Shown here one piece after another: positions 30,625 to 40,045 of a DNA stretch of 64,000 nt. Every line of letters begins with the position of its first letter. Within the stretch, counting starts at the first letter, position 1. The DNA comes from Bacteroidales bacterium (GTDB taxonomy: Bacteria; Bacteroidota; Bacteroidia; Bacteroidales; VadinHA17). The stretch covers positions 13,093 through 77,092 of the forward strand of contig JBEKWS010000020.1 of the NCBI GenBank assembly GCA_049512815.1, given 5' to 3'. The notes below the pieces were generated by a model. It did not search any database, was not told the DNA's origin, and saw only the letters and a program-made list of their open reading frames with translations. The translations under genes were made by a program, and so were the position numbers.

Positions 30625-31683
30625 TTATCGAACCACTCTTGCGCTTCCTCCCTTCATAACTTTCTCTGCTTCAGCTCTTGTAGCCCAATTCCAGTCACCC
30701 ATGAATCCATGACAAAGCGCTGAATAAGCGGCGGAGAACTCAATTGACTCCTGGGGACCTCTTCCTTCGAGCATACTGCAAATAAGTGCAGAAGCAAAAC
30801 TGTCGCCTCCGCCTGTCCTGTCGAGAACCTCAAGATTTTCATATTTCCTTGAAGCATAGAACTCGCCCTTATAAAGCATAACAGTCTGCCAGTCGTTAAG
30901 AAGTGCCGTTCTGACATGTCGCAGAGTGGTTCCTACAACCTGCACATTTGGGAACTCTTTGACTACCTGTTTGGCTACGGTTTTATAGTTTTCAGGATCA
31001 AGATCAGAATATGATTCCGTTCCGTCTTCAGCTTTTATTCCAAGCATTTTTTCAAAATCCTCTTCATTTCCAATTATTACATCCACGTATGGCATTACCT
31101 TTTTCATTACCTCTTTTGCCTTTTCGGAGCTCCACAAAGTAGACCTGAAATTAAGGTCGAAGCTGGTGGTAACACCCAGTTTCTTGGCTGTTTTCAGGGA
31201 GGTAATAGCTTCAGCGGCAGCATTGTCAGAGATAGCCGTTGTTATGCCGGTTGTATGGAACCATTTTGTCTGGATTAGAACTTTTTCCCAGTCAAAGTCT
31301 CCCGGTTTAATCAGACTGATTGCTGAGTGTGCCCTGTCGTACATCTGTTTACTGGCCCTGGGTCCAATACCGATTTCAAGATAGCATAAGCCATTCCTTA
31401 CAGTACCTTTACCGTCAAAAGGCAGAAGTATTAGCCCTGACATATCAACACCATGCTCCCTTCCTTTATTGATTATATATTGTCCCGACCAAATATCGAC
31501 AAGCTTGGATAACCAGGCAGTTTTATGTCCCAGTTTTGAAGCATTTACGGTAACATTCAATTCTGCAGCCGCAATTGCTATAAGAAGATGTGATGATTGT
31601 TCAAGCCGGCCGTGATCAGGTGCAGTGAATCTTATCATTGCCTCACCAAATCCAATAATATCATATTTCTTTTCTATGCTCAT
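30625..31683 (-). CDS. PfkB-family sugar(-acid) kinase, 2-keto-3-deoxygluconate kinase-like
   Basis: A PfkB N-terminus (YDIIGFGEAMIRF) and a C-terminal ATP/anion-hole motif (DRTGGGDSFASAL). The start was moved to the ATG at 31683 (MSIEKKYD..) because the longer ORF overlaps the upstream gene by 120 nt. Confidence 0.8.
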   Translation of the reverse strand: MSIEKKYDIIGFGEAMIRFTAPDHGRLEQSSHLLIAIAAAELNVTVNASKLGHKTAWLSKLVDIWSGQYIINKGREHGVDMSGLILLPFDGKGTVRNGLCYLEIGIGPRASKQMYDRAHSAISLIKPGDFDWEKVLIQTKWFHTTGITTAISDNAAAEAITSLKTAKKLGVTTSFDLNFRSTLWSSEKAKEVMKKVMPYVDVIIGNEEDFEKMLGIKAEDGTESYSDLDPENYKTVAKQVVKEFPNVQVVGTTLRHVRTALLNDWQTVMLYKGEFYASRKYENLEVLDRTGGGDSFASALICSMLEGRGPQESIEFSAAYSALCHGFMGDWNWATRAEAEKVMKGGSARVVR

Positions 31684-31705
31684 TATTTTCAGATTAAAAT
31701 TAATA

Positions 31706-32671
31706 TTAAAGATTGAGCTCTTTTCTGTTGAAAATTGATTTAGGCAATCTACCTTCAAGGTAATCCACGATACCTGAAGCTGCTTCGCAGGCGACCCTGA
31801 CGGTACATTCATTGGTAAGAGCTGCACTATGAGGACTTACAATAGTTTTAGGATTTTTGAGGAATAATTCGTTTTCTACAGGAGGCTCATTAGCCAGCAC
31901 GTCGAAACCGGCACCAGCCAGTTTGCCTTCATCAAGCATTTTACAGACATACGCTTCATCAACAATATTCCCTCTTGCTGTATTGACCAGATATGCTGAA
32001 GGTTTCATTAAAGAGAGAAGCTTCTCATCAACGTGGTTCCTGGTTTCCGGGGTCATAGGAACATGTATGCTTACAACATCTGCTTCTTTAAAGACTTGTG
32101 TCTCAATACTGTATCTTACTACTCCAGGAGCAACAACAACATCACTAATATACGGATCATAAATTATCACCTTCATATTGAAAGCACCCATGCATTTTTT
32201 TGCAACTTGTTTCCCTATTCTTCCATACCCTATGATACCAATGGTTTTGCCATCCAGATCAACAGGGAGATAATATCTTCTTGCAACCTTAAATTTACCC
32301 TGACGTGTTTCAGAATCAAGGAAGACAAGGTGTTTGGTCAAAGCTCCTATGAAAGCTACTGTATGCTCTGCAACTGTTACTGTATTCGCATCGGGAGTAT
32401 GAAGAACCATTATACCTCTCCGGGTTGCTGCATCAACATCAACATTGTCAACACCCGTCCCTGTCCTGCTTATCACTTTCAGATTCGGTGCAGAGTCCAT
32501 GAGCTCGCCAGTAAATTTAATTGTTGTATCAAGCATTACCGCAGTAACATCTTTTACCAGTCTTTTAAACTCATCATGATCGCCTGATGGCATATATACG
32601 ACTTCGGCCGCCTTTTTAAGAATGTTAAGAGCATCAGGGCTCACTTTCTCGTTTACCAGTGCTTTTTTCAT
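31706..32671 (-). CDS. D-isomer-specific 2-hydroxyacid dehydrogenase family protein
   Basis: A 321-aa protein with an NAD-binding motif GIIGYGRIGKQVAKK and catalytic-region motifs NTARGNIVDE and VSPHSAA. Confidence 0.85.
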   Translation of the reverse strand: MKKALVNEKVSPDALNILKKAAEVVYMPSGDHDEFKRLVKDVTAVMLDTTIKFTGELMDSAPNLKVISRTGTGVDNVDVDAATRRGIMVLHTPDANTVTVAEHTVAFIGALTKHLVFLDSETRQGKFKVARRYYLPVDLDGKTIGIIGYGRIGKQVAKKCMGAFNMKVIIYDPYISDVVVAPGVVRYSIETQVFKEADVVSIHVPMTPETRNHVDEKLLSLMKPSAYLVNTARGNIVDEAYVCKMLDEGKLAGAGFDVLANEPPVENELFLKNPKTIVSPHSAALTNECTVRVACEAASGIVDYLEGRLPKSIFNRKELNL

Positions 32672-33555
32672 ATTAAATCTTCTTTTTTAAGATAATCTTC
32701 AATTTTCTTTTTAATATCCTCACCTAAAGGAAGTAATGGCAATCTGGGATTTCCTCCGTAAAGCCCGGCCAGATCCATAGCATATTTTACAGCGGCAACG
32801 CCTCCGGTGCCCGATACCGCCTTATTGAGCTGAATAACTTTTTCATTAAGTTTAAAAGCCTCTTCATACTGTTTGCTTACGGTAAGATCATATAATTTAC
32901 AGGTAATTTCGGGAAATACATTGGCCAGGGAAATAACCCCTCCCGGTGCACCCATAATGAGACCGTTTACAAAGAAGTTGGCAGAACCAGGCATAACGTT
33001 AAATGTATCTCTTACAGCAAGTAAAAAACTCTCGATATTGCCAGTGGAAGAATCTTTGACTCCAAAAATATTGGGATGCTTGGCAAGGTCCTTCACAAGG
33101 CTGACCGACAAGGTTGTTCCGCCGCAAAACTGTGGTGCATTATATACAAGGCATGGCGTAGTCAGGCTGCTGGCAACATCCGTAAAATACCTGAGAAGAA
33201 CAGGATCAGTCATCTCCTTCTTGAAATACGACGGAGGCAGAAGTGTTATAAAATCTGCTCCCAGTCCCTGTGAAATTTTTGCGAATTCTATTGTCTCCTT
33301 TGTGGATTCAAAAATACATCCGGCCATAACAACCTGGTCAGATCCCTTGTTTTTAATTATTGTTTCAAGGACCTTCTCCTTTTCGCTGTTTGTAAGACTT
33401 TTGTTTTCTCCATTGGAACCCAAAGCAAGATATCCCTTCAGCCTGGACTTTGCATAGAATTTCATATTGTTTTTGAGTTTATCGTATGCCACCTCTCCTT
33501 TATCATCAAACGGAGTCGTAATAGGTGCGAAAACTCCCATCAGTTTTTTTTCCAT
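32668..33555 (-). CDS. DHDPS/N-acetylneuraminate-lyase-family enzyme (2-keto-3-deoxy-sugar-acid aldolase or dehydratase type)
   Basis: A 295-aa protein with ..GVFAPITTPF.., ..LVYNAPQF.. and a Schiff-base lysine context ..IFGVKDSS... Its stop overlaps the downstream start by 4 nt. Confidence 0.8.
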   Translation of the reverse strand: MEKKLMGVFAPITTPFDDKGEVAYDKLKNNMKFYAKSRLKGYLALGSNGENKSLTNSEKEKVLETIIKNKGSDQVVMAGCIFESTKETIEFAKISQGLGADFITLLPPSYFKKEMTDPVLLRYFTDVASSLTTPCLVYNAPQFCGGTTLSVSLVKDLAKHPNIFGVKDSSTGNIESFLLAVRDTFNVMPGSANFFVNGLIMGAPGGVISLANVFPEITCKLYDLTVSKQYEEAFKLNEKVIQLNKAVSGTGGVAAVKYAMDLAGLYGGNPRLPLLPLGEDIKKKIEDYLKKEDLI

Positions 33556-33643
33556 TGGTTTACTTTTTAATTAATTTTAATTAATATAAAAATCATTTTT
33601 GCCCTCGGGCAGCATTCATAAACCTCCTATTGTAAAATACTTC

Positions 33644-34831
33644 TTACGGCTGCTTCTGCGGGACCGTTTGATTTGCAGGCTGTGCAGGAGCTGCAGGTGC
33701 ATTTGGTGCAGATGGAGGTCGCTGACCAGCTCCCGGACCCGGTGCCGGCAGATTAAAAGGCTCTTTCCATTCAAGCTGGTTGGCGATATTTGCGCTTAAC
33801 TTATAAATGATGATACTTTTATCGGGATCTTTACCTCCTATAATATCTATCTTGTCCCTGTCCATATTGCCTAAACCGGCGGCGGCACAATAATTAATAT
33901 ACCCGACATTTTCAAGCGGAATGCCCATAAGTCTTGAGCACATACTGTCGATTGCCACAACATCAAATCCTGCCAATGCTATCCTGTGGTCAACCGGGGT
34001 ACCGCCGATCGGGCCATTTCCTTCCATTCCCTCAACGCCATCGATAATCGTAAAATCGGGACGAACGCTCTGTGCCATCAGGAACATATTGTAATGCAGC
34101 CAACGTGATCCGCCTGAGTGCATATTCCGCTTATAGCTTATCGGTTTGCTCCCGTTCACAGATCCCGGATTAAGTGGTGCAGCCATTGCAATATTCTTAA
34201 TACCCCCGGTCATCACAACTGAGTTATGTGTCTTGAGTCGGGATAACGAAATAACATAATAATCGGGATTAGCGAAAATATCTGCTATCTCAATTTTATC
34301 AAGATGAAGATTCCTGTCGATGATAAAATAAGGCTTGCCTTTTCCTGTGGAATTCAGATCAACGAATTTTATATTAAAGTCTTTCGCAAGATCAGTATAA
34401 CCGTAGTTTTTAAATCCGTCTGAGGAGTTGACACTGGAACTTGATTCAGCAATTATAATCTGGCCTTTATAAATTGGCTTCAGATATTCAAGCAGGGCGC
34501 GCAATGCATCCTTGTGTGTTGCACAAAGCTCCCTGTTGGTAACAACCATATTCGGTTTGATTACCAGCTGCTTCCTTTTCAAACCGGCCTTGATTTCTTT
34601 GCCAAAAGGTTTGATCACTTCAAACAACATTTCCTTCCGGTCTGTTCCGGTAGTAAAAGCCACAGGACTGTGGCCTTCGTTGATAACAAGCTTTGGTTTA
34701 GCCTTCATATCCGGCGGTTCAACAGCCATTATGTCTCTAAAACCACCTGACAACATTGCAACTGATCCCAGTCCCAGCATTTTAAGGGCATTCCGTCGTC
34801 CGATAACTAATTGTTTCTCTGATACTTTCAT
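33644..34831 (-). CDS. DUF362-domain protein with a Tat-type signal and a Pro/Ala-rich C-terminal tail
   Basis: A 395-aa protein. It has an N-terminal ..GRRNALKMLGLGSVAMLSGG.., DUF362-like segments (LVIKPNMV.., ..LSRLKTHNSVVMTGGIKN.., ..LAGFDVVAIDSMCSRLMG..) and the tail PAPGPGAGQRPPSAPNAPAAPAQPANQ. Confidence 0.7.
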   Translation of the reverse strand: MKVSEKQLVIGRRNALKMLGLGSVAMLSGGFRDIMAVEPPDMKAKPKLVINEGHSPVAFTTGTDRKEMLFEVIKPFGKEIKAGLKRKQLVIKPNMVVTNRELCATHKDALRALLEYLKPIYKGQIIIAESSSSVNSSDGFKNYGYTDLAKDFNIKFVDLNSTGKGKPYFIIDRNLHLDKIEIADIFANPDYYVISLSRLKTHNSVVMTGGIKNIAMAAPLNPGSVNGSKPISYKRNMHSGGSRWLHYNMFLMAQSVRPDFTIIDGVEGMEGNGPIGGTPVDHRIALAGFDVVAIDSMCSRLMGIPLENVGYINYCAAAGLGNMDRDKIDIIGGKDPDKSIIIYKLSANIANQLEWKEPFNLPAPGPGAGQRPPSAPNAPAAPAQPANQTVPQKQP

Positions 34832-35036
34832 AGTCTTATGTATTTTCTATTCTGTATTATCCGTTAAATCTGCTTTTAGATATTTTTGCCCGTTTCACTT
34901 GTTAACATTATCAGATATCTTGAATTATAATCACACTCTATATAAATAATCTGTCAGCTGAATCTATTTGTGCCAGTAAATAAACTGATCAGGAATTCAC
35001 CAGCCCATATGGTTCAGCAATCAACACTGAGGTTAA

Positions 35037-36083
35037 TTATCTCTGAGGAGTAGTCATTGATTCACGTTCCTTTACATATGCTCTTATAAATTCAGGCGAG
35101 GGAGCGGCTTTCGGGTCATCAAAGAATTTTCCCATATTATCTGCGTTGTCCAACATCCATTTGTTGAATTCCTTGTTCATTTCCGGCGTAAAACCACCGT
35201 CAGCCTGTTGTGCTGTAAACCTGCCCTCCTTAACTCCGGCATGTGCAAAAGCATCCTCCATACGGCTTCTTTCTGAGGTCTCAACAACTTTCTGGGCAAG
35301 TTGAGGCGGAATAAATACAACACCTTCGCGTGTTCCCAAAACAATATCCCCCGGCATAACAGTGACATAACCAATCTGGATCGGGCAGTTTATTCCGATC
35401 ACCAGGTTAGAGCTGTTAGCCTGCGGCCTGAAGTCGCGAACCATTACGTTCCAGTTTGGATTAACTGCAAGGTTGCCATAAAGATCTCTCAGAGTTCCCT
35501 TAATAACAGCACCGTTACCTGTTTTGGTCCATATAGTTGTACCAAGGTTATCACCTACGTGGGATGCATCAAGCATAGCTTCACAAACATCTGCCACATA
35601 TACATCTCCCTTTTGCAGCTGGTCAATTCCCCAGGTATATTGGCCTCTTCCTCTTCCGTCTTTTGTTCCCTGCTGTTGAATAAGACCGTTAAGATCGGGA
35701 CGATAAGGAAGAAAATGGATTGTTGAAGCCCTGCCACAGATGACGATGTTTTCCCTCATCATCTTAAACCCTCCGTAATACTGATTGGTGTAGGTAGCTC
35801 TCCGGAACTCGCCAAAGCTTGTCGGGCCCTGACCTTCAACAGGATCGCTGGATCCGTTAAGAGTCTGCCAGGCTTCGGTAACAGATACATATCTCATTCT
35901 CTGAATAATGTCGTCAGAAACTTTTGGCCGTCCGTCCGGAAAGCGATCCCCTTTCCAGAGAGAAGTATAATAGAGCATTTCATCTTTTGTCAGAGAAGTC
36001 GGCTGGGCACTAACAGAAGAATGTAAAATAATTCCTGCCAATAAAGAAAGGCAGAGCGCATAACATAATTTTCTGATTTTCAT
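35037..36083 (-). CDS. RraA-like / HMG-aldolase-family protein with an N-terminal signal peptide
   Basis: RraA-family motifs ..KGDVYVADV..GDNLGTTIWTKTGNGAVIKGTLRD.. and ..PGDIVLGTREGVVFIPPQ... The signal peptide is MKIRKLCYALCLSLLAGIILHSSVSAQ. The start was moved from a TTG at 36098 to the ATG at 36083. Confidence 0.7.
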   Translation of the reverse strand: MKIRKLCYALCLSLLAGIILHSSVSAQPTSLTKDEMLYYTSLWKGDRFPDGRPKVSDDIIQRMRYVSVTEAWQTLNGSSDPVEGQGPTSFGEFRRATYTNQYYGGFKMMRENIVICGRASTIHFLPYRPDLNGLIQQQGTKDGRGRGQYTWGIDQLQKGDVYVADVCEAMLDASHVGDNLGTTIWTKTGNGAVIKGTLRDLYGNLAVNPNWNVMVRDFRPQANSSNLVIGINCPIQIGYVTVMPGDIVLGTREGVVFIPPQLAQKVVETSERSRMEDAFAHAGVKEGRFTAQQADGGFTPEMNKEFNKWMLDNADNMGKFFDDPKAAPSPEFIRAYVKERESMTTPQR

Positions 36084-36261
36084 AGTATTTCCTCCCAAAT
36101 TAAATAATATTGATTTCTATTCCTGCCACCCGATGAACCTGGTTATCCAAGTAATAACCTGTATTAAAAGTTTAAGCTAACGGGCAAATTGTTTCGAATA
36201 TAATTATAAAGATCAAATAATAAAATAACAATCGATTGCACAAAAATATTTTTAACATTCA

Positions 36262-37578
36262 TTATGATATTCTCCTGATCAGACGGTTTTTTTCTTTAGT
36301 CAATTTTTCCCGTGGCTCACGCTGGCTCCAGAAAGTGGCAAGCGAAGAAGCAGAAATGTTCATCCATGTACCGAAAATAAGAGGTGCCAGAGCAGCAGCC
36401 TGACTTTTGAGAACATCATAAGCCAGACCAACGGCGAGGCCTGCATTCTTTGTTCCGACTTCCATAGTAAGAGCTCTGGTATCTGCATCATTAAAGCCTA
36501 AAGCCTTAGATGAAGTAAATGCAAATATGTATCCAAGGATATTATGTGCTATGGTGGCTACAAAAAGCGCAGGGCCAATAGTAAGTAAGGTCGTCTTGTT
36601 ATGTGCCGCTACTATTATAATATAAAGCATAATTGCCCCGAGTGACAGTATTGGCAATACTATATCCATCCAGTTTGCCGGACCATTTGTACGACGAATG
36701 ATGATAACAGTAACCGATACAATAGCAACAGCCCAGAAAACCAGAATGAGGCCTATTTGTAAAGTTTTGATAATGGCAGGGAAAGTTATGAAAATCAGCC
36801 CCAGACCAACAAGAAAGGTGATAATCCCCATTAAACCAACATTGCGATCCTTCTTTACCCAGGAGATATTTCCATAGAGCAGTTTATTTATAATGATACC
36901 TGCAAATACCGGAATGAAAATAATGTTGACAATGCTGATCATCATACCTACGGCATCGACCTCAATCAACTGGCCTGCAAATAGCTTCATTAAAAAAGGA
37001 GTAACAAGGGGAGATATCAGTGTGGTTAAGGTAGTGACAGTCATTGAAAGAGCCAGATTGCCTTTTGCCAGGTAAGTCATCACATTTGAGGCTGCTCCTC
37101 CGGGGCAGGCACCGAGCAATATTATCCCGGCTGCCACTTCAGGCGGGAAATGATAGATTTTGATAATCAGAAAAGCAATAATGGGCATCAGCACATAAAC
37201 CATCAATGTACCTGCAATGACTTTTAACGGTTTTGACAATTCCCTCACAAAATCAGCAATGCTCAGTTTTGTCCCCATACCAAACATGATCACCTGAATG
37301 GAGGGCACGATGAGTTTATTTGTATCAAAACCCCAGTTTGTAAATAGTTGTGGAAAATAGAGTGTGAATGAGACAAATGCGAAGATCTGACATGTAAAGG
37401 ACAACCCTTTAAGTTTTTCAGTTCTCTGCACAGCGAAGGCAAGTGCATAAAACATAGCAAAAAGTATCAATCCGGATATGCGGAAACTCCCTTTTCCAAA
37501 AACCAGTAGCAAAATCTCAGCTAAGGCAAACAGAATTGCCAGAGAGAGAAATACTTTCACTGCGCCAGTATTTTTCAT
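36262..37578 (-). CDS. Bile acid:sodium symporter (BASS/SBF) family permease
   Basis: A 438-aa polytopic protein with the family segment ..LLGACPGGAASNVMTYLAKGNLALSMTVTTLTTLISPLVTPFLM... Confidence 0.8.
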   Translation of the reverse strand: MKNTGAVKVFLSLAILFALAEILLLVFGKGSFRISGLILFAMFYALAFAVQRTEKLKGLSFTCQIFAFVSFTLYFPQLFTNWGFDTNKLIVPSIQVIMFGMGTKLSIADFVRELSKPLKVIAGTLMVYVLMPIIAFLIIKIYHFPPEVAAGIILLGACPGGAASNVMTYLAKGNLALSMTVTTLTTLISPLVTPFLMKLFAGQLIEVDAVGMMISIVNIIFIPVFAGIIINKLLYGNISWVKKDRNVGLMGIITFLVGLGLIFITFPAIIKTLQIGLILVFWAVAIVSVTVIIIRRTNGPANWMDIVLPILSLGAIMLYIIIVAAHNKTTLLTIGPALFVATIAHNILGYIFAFTSSKALGFNDADTRALTMEVGTKNAGLAVGLAYDVLKSQAAALAPLIFGTWMNISASSLATFWSQREPREKLTKEKNRLIRRIS

Positions 37579-37594
37579 ATTGGATATTAAGTTG

Positions 37595-38530
37595 TTAGGT
37601 GGACAAAAATTTAATTACGGTATCTCTTATCTGATCAGGCTGAAGGCCGTGTTGTCCCAGTAATTCTTCGTAGGGTCCGTTGCTGGCATAATGGTCGCCG
37701 ATTCCGATCATTTTAATTCTGACAGGGTATTCCTGACTGCAAATTTCCGATATAGCACTTCCCAATCCTCCAGCTATAAAGTGTTCTTCCACAGTGACTA
37801 TTTTGCCTATTTCTTTTGCTGCTGCCAGGATGAGCTCCCTGTCCAGCGGTTTCAAAGTATGCATATCAATAAGGCGGACACTTATTCCTTCTTTTTCGAG
37901 GAGAGTAGCTGCAGCAACAGCTTTTGACAGGACAGTTCCTGTTCCAATTAACGCGACATCCCGGCCATCCCTCATTACAATACCTTTTCCCAGTCTGAAC
38001 TCAACATCCTCAGGATACAGTACCGGCATTTTAGGGCTTCCGATTTTCATGTAGCACGGTCCAATGTGACTGATCATTGCATGAACTGCCTTTTTAATCG
38101 TCACCGGATCTCCCGGATTGATTATTGTTACACCCGGGATTGTCCGGATAATTGCCACATCGTCAATAGAGTGATGGGTCGGACCAAGCTGATCGTATGT
38201 TAAACCGCAACAACGGCCGACAACTTTAACATTCTGATTCATATATCCCAGGTCATTCCGGAACATCTCGAAGGGACGAGCTGTGACAAATGGCGCAATT
38301 GCTGCAAAAACCGGTATCTTTCCGGTAGTTGCCAGTCCGCTGGCAAAACCTGTTACGCCCTGTTCCATTATGCCAAATTCAAAATGCCTCCCGGGAAACC
38401 TGCCGGGAAATGCTCCCAGTCCCGATCCTGAACTGCTGTCAGCAGAGAGGACAACCACATTTGGATTTTTTTCTGCTGCCTCAATAACAGCCTCTCCGAA
38501 GGTTTTTCTGGGATCTAATAATTCGTTCAT
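37595..38530 (-). CDS. Transketolase, C-terminal (pyrimidine-binding + C-terminal domain) subunit
   Basis: A 311-aa protein with ..VVLSADSS.SGL..F..RHFEFGIMEQ.., directly downstream of the N-terminal subunit gene. Confidence 0.9.
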   Translation of the reverse strand: MNELLDPRKTFGEAVIEAAEKNPNVVVLSADSSSGSGLGAFPGRFPGRHFEFGIMEQGVTGFASGLATTGKIPVFAAIAPFVTARPFEMFRNDLGYMNQNVKVVGRCCGLTYDQLGPTHHSIDDVAIIRTIPGVTIINPGDPVTIKKAVHAMISHIGPCYMKIGSPKMPVLYPEDVEFRLGKGIVMRDGRDVALIGTGTVLSKAVAAATLLEKEGISVRLIDMHTLKPLDRELILAAAKEIGKIVTVEEHFIAGGLGSAISEICSQEYPVRIKMIGIGDHYASNGPYEELLGQHGLQPDQIRDTVIKFLST

Positions 38531-38543
38531 TGCCAGTACTCTT

Positions 38544-39392
38544 TTATATTTTTTCTTTCAGCTTTTTTTCGATGGCATCTAAATCGCGTTCTGCCTGCTC
38601 CATCTCTTCCGGAGTGGCTTTCCAGTAATGATAATTTACTTTTCGTTCGGCAAAGCTGAGTCCTTTTGATTTAATGGTATCAGCGATAATTATTGAAGGT
38701 TTGCCTTTCTCAAAAGGCATCTCCTTTGCATTACCTATGATTGCTTCAAAGTCGTGACCATCGATTGTCCTGACACTCCACCCGAATGAACGCCATCGTT
38801 CATCCAGAGGTTCGTAGTTCATTACATCTACTGTCCGGCCGCTTATCTGTAACTGGTTCCTGTCGACAAAAACAAGAATATTATCAAGCTTGTGCATTGA
38901 TGCAGCTGAAGCTGCCTCCCAGTTGGATCCTTCAGCCAGTTCCCCGTCGCCCATTAAAACATAGACCCTGGACTGTGATTTGTCCATCCGGAGCCCTAAA
39001 GCCATTCCCCCGGCTATTGAAAGGCCATGTCCAAGCGCTCCGGTATTTGTTTCTATTCCCGGAAGTTTATGCATGTTGGGATGCCCGGGTATCGGACTGT
39101 CAAGATCTCCATAAGTATCAAGGATTGATGCATCAAAAAAACCACGTTTGGCAAGTGTGGCATAAAGAACAAGACATTTATGTCCGGCTGACAGAACAAA
39201 ACGGTCCCGTAGCGGCCATTTTGGATTACCCGGATCAACATTCAGCAAATTAAAATAAAGTGCAGTTAGAATTTCAACGGAAGATAGTGCCCCTCCAACG
39301 TGACCTGCCCCCCCCGCCCTTATAAGCCGTAAAATATTTCGTCTTATATTAAGTGCTATATATTCCAGCTTCAAAATTTCCTTTGAGTCCAT
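38544..39392 (-). CDS. Transketolase, N-terminal (thiamine-diphosphate-binding) subunit
   Basis: A 282-aa protein with ..GAGHVGGALS.. and the TPP motif ..MGDGELAEGSNWEAA... Confidence 0.9.
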   Translation of the reverse strand: MDSKEILKLEYIALNIRRNILRLIRAGGAGHVGGALSSVEILTALYFNLLNVDPGNPKWPLRDRFVLSAGHKCLVLYATLAKRGFFDASILDTYGDLDSPIPGHPNMHKLPGIETNTGALGHGLSIAGGMALGLRMDKSQSRVYVLMGDGELAEGSNWEAASAASMHKLDNILVFVDRNQLQISGRTVDVMNYEPLDERWRSFGWSVRTIDGHDFEAIIGNAKEMPFEKGKPSIIIADTIKSKGLSFAERKVNYHYWKATPEEMEQAERDLDAIEKKLKEKI

Positions 39393-39420
39393 TAGAGTCT
39401 AAAAATAATCATTACATTTT

Positions 39421-39894
39421 TTATACCTGGTGTTTCCTGGCATATTCAACATAGCATGCTACCTTAGGTTCCGAAGTTGTTCCTGGCTGCCACACTGATT
39501 CCATCCAGATCTTGACTATCTGTTTAGCTACTTCCACTCCAGTGGTGAATGACCCTATGGTCAGTAAGTTAGCGTTGTTGCTTTTGATAGCCCGTTCGGC
39601 TGAATAAGTATTGCAGCAAAGGGCTGCATATATACCGGGGACCTTGTTTGCTGCAATACTCATACCAATGCCGGTTCCACAGAGGAGAATTCCCCGGTCA
39701 TATTCATGTGCTGCAACAGCCTCTCCTACTGCGAATGCCACCCTGGCATAAATAGGATCTTCACTTCCAAAATCCTTTACAATATAGCCCAGCCCCTTAA
39801 GCTGGGAAATAATTACATCTTTGAGTGCTGCTGCGTTAGGATCGCAACCGATTGCAATAGTCGGTTTTTTATGTTCAGCTTGCGAAGCGTTCAT
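39421..39894 (-). CDS. rpiB: Ribose-5-phosphate isomerase B / LacAB-family sugar-phosphate isomerase
   Basis: A 157-aa protein with ..IAIGCDPNAAALK.. and ..GILLCGTGIGMSIAANKVPGIYAA... Confidence 0.85.
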   Translation of the reverse strand: MNASQAEHKKPTIAIGCDPNAAALKDVIISQLKGLGYIVKDFGSEDPIYARVAFAVGEAVAAHEYDRGILLCGTGIGMSIAANKVPGIYAALCCNTYSAERAIKSNNANLLTIGSFTTGVEVAKQIVKIWMESVWQPGTTSEPKVACYVEYARKHQV

Positions 39895-40045
39895 AATTCA
39901 GATAAGTTAAAAAATTATTAAATCCTGATTCCATTTCCATATTTGCCGGAATGCAATGATAGTTAAATTTAAAATGAGTAAAAACATAAAAAATATTAAT
40001 TTGGCAGCAACTTGCTGAAATTGATTCTTACACATGCTTTTTCAA

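Noticed and set aside
31684-31827. A 48-codon N-terminal extension of the PfkB kinase ORF, overlapping the upstream dehydrogenase gene.
   Set aside because: The extension has no homology-like features. The conserved PfkB N-terminus starts right after the internal ATG at 31683, and using that ATG removes a 120-nt overlap.
39308-39315. A C8 homopolymer inside the transketolase N-terminal subunit gene, as a possible phase-variation site.
   Set aside because: It encodes part of the conserved Gly-rich ..GGAGHVGG.. segment of a core metabolic enzyme. Nothing suggests contingency behaviour, so it is only an error-prone spot for sequencing.
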